From Eledone cirrhosa (lineage: Eukaryota), in the NCBI GenBank assembly GCA_964016885.1, contig OZ024741.1, positions 176,390,001-176,454,000 on the forward strand: a DNA stretch of 64,000 nt. Direction: 5' to 3'. Positions 62,480-64,000 of the stretch are shown one piece after another; positions within the stretch are counted from its first letter, which is position 1; each line of letters begins with the position of its first letter. The translations under genes and the position numbers were made by a program. The notes under the pieces were generated by a model. The model made no database searches. It was not told the origin of the DNA and saw only the letters and a program-made list of their open reading frames with translations.

Positions 62480-63990
62480 TTATACTCTTTACCAAATACC
62501 ACCCTATGCTCTGCAATTTGGCACAATCTCTGAACTGGTGATTTATAGCTATCGATTTGTCAATAACTTCTAATATTTTGGTTTGACGTCTATATAGTAT
62601 ACAATTTTCCTGGTCTTTGACATCTATCCTTTAACCCATCCCTTTATTTATGAAACATGGTGGATGTTTTAGCGTATTTAGTCAGTGGAAGTCAGTGTGC
62701 ATGAACCTTTTCCGGACCAAATGTCTGGGATTTGACCCGAATGTTTGAAAACAGATTTGTAGTAGTTACACATACTCAAATGAAAGGGTTTATTACAATC
62801 TTTCATAAAGTTATAGTGACTAAACTCAGGATTTTGTTATTTTGGTTATTCAATTTGCTAACATTGACATAATTATTAAATCATAGGATATCTCCTACGG
62901 CTCTCTAAACTTCGTAGTTCCAATTACGCTGATATCATCTTTGTGTTTCATCCTTTTGAAGTCGATTAGGAAATTATTCACGCAGTTCTACTGGGACCAG
63001 TTGAAGAGTCGACCGGGCGTGAGTAATATCATGCAACAACATGGACATATACAACACTTAGCCAAAGCAAAGTACATACTGCTTAGTCATTGTGAGAGAT
63101 GACTGTAGTTTTAGTTGCCTGAATATATCATATGAATTCATGAAGAATACACTTGTTGCCTATTTTATGTATAGAGATTTCCAACTTGTAATCAACTTTT
63201 AAGTGTGCTAACATTGATATCTAATGCTTGAAAGTTACGCTTTGTTTATCAACCTATGATGCATAATTGCTTCAATATCAAATATCTTTATTGATTTCGT
63301 ATGAACATTGAAGTGATATCATAATGCGAACAAAATGGCAGATTTGTCATTAAATTGAATTTAGTTTTATTACCTTTTCCAATCCTACTTGGGTTGATGA
63401 TGTTGTTCATTCGTCTATTCCATAGTTGATAAAGGTATGTACCGGTAATGTAGTGGATTAAATATAGTTGAAGCACTGTCTTGCCTAGAAATTGGCTAAA
63501 CAATTAAACGTTGCACAATAACACAATGATCTGCTTATTCGTGTGGCGCATTAATATTATATTACTTAATGTTTCAATTTCAACAGATGTCCAGGGTATT
63601 TGTGGTAGATCCATTAAATTTAGACATTAAATATAATGATATCTTTATAAACGGTATTACATATAACCAATGCTCCATAAAGTTTATTAAAAATTTCCTT
63701 GTTCAATATAGTGGCTGATAGATTTTAGAGCTCTTGGATCAACAATAATAGTAAATCCCAATGCTACCCGCTGTTCTAATGGATAGTTATAGATTATAAT
63801 ATATAGTAAATTATATGTAATGTTGCTGTTTTCCTTTCTCTGGGAATATCTTTCTTATTGGATTCAGAGGAAATATATTCTCACAAGTGTGAATGTCAAC
63901 AAACTGGTCCATCCATCCAATCCCAGTTATGCCTTATTACAAAAGATAAGTGGTGGCAAACGAGATGGGGTGCACAAAGAGCAATATTAA
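62480..63990 (-). pseudogene. Possible highly decayed LINE RT remnant
   Basis: Only scattered motif-like stretches (GLDG, P.E.K.A.I). Confidence 0.25.
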
Positions 63991-64000
63991 ATGGTGTGCA

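Overview
AT-rich, microsatellite-dense eukaryotic (animal) intergenic or intronic DNA. The abundant tRNA-derived SINE suggests an octopod cephalopod; this is inferred, not proven. No host-gene exon could be supported, and nearly all short ORFs are (TA)n/(CA)n artefacts. The window is dominated by Penelope-like retroelements (PLEs: RT plus C-terminal GIY-YIG endonuclease) from at least four lineages, plus non-coding derivatives. Almost all are inserted in (TA)n arrays, and many have an asymmetric fold-back form: inverted arms plus a family-specific 35-90 nt 3' tail. Manual folding finds about 20 minimal type I hammerhead ribozyme (HHR) motifs in about 10 families. These include U3-A8 covariant cores, an extra nucleotide after A9, a GCAA variant and palindromic stem III loops suited to dimeric cleavage. 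Two small non-coding HHR repeat families (about 430-440 nt and about 313 nt, partial-tandem) look like retrozymes/circRNA templates mobilised by PLE machinery. Also present: a twin-primed RTE LINE, R4/Dong, CRE and Tx1/L1 remnants, a 3.65-kb non-autonomous Helitron with a hierarchical GC-rich satellite, and a RepHel remnant. All RNA structures and alignments were done by eye and need computational and experimental confirmation.
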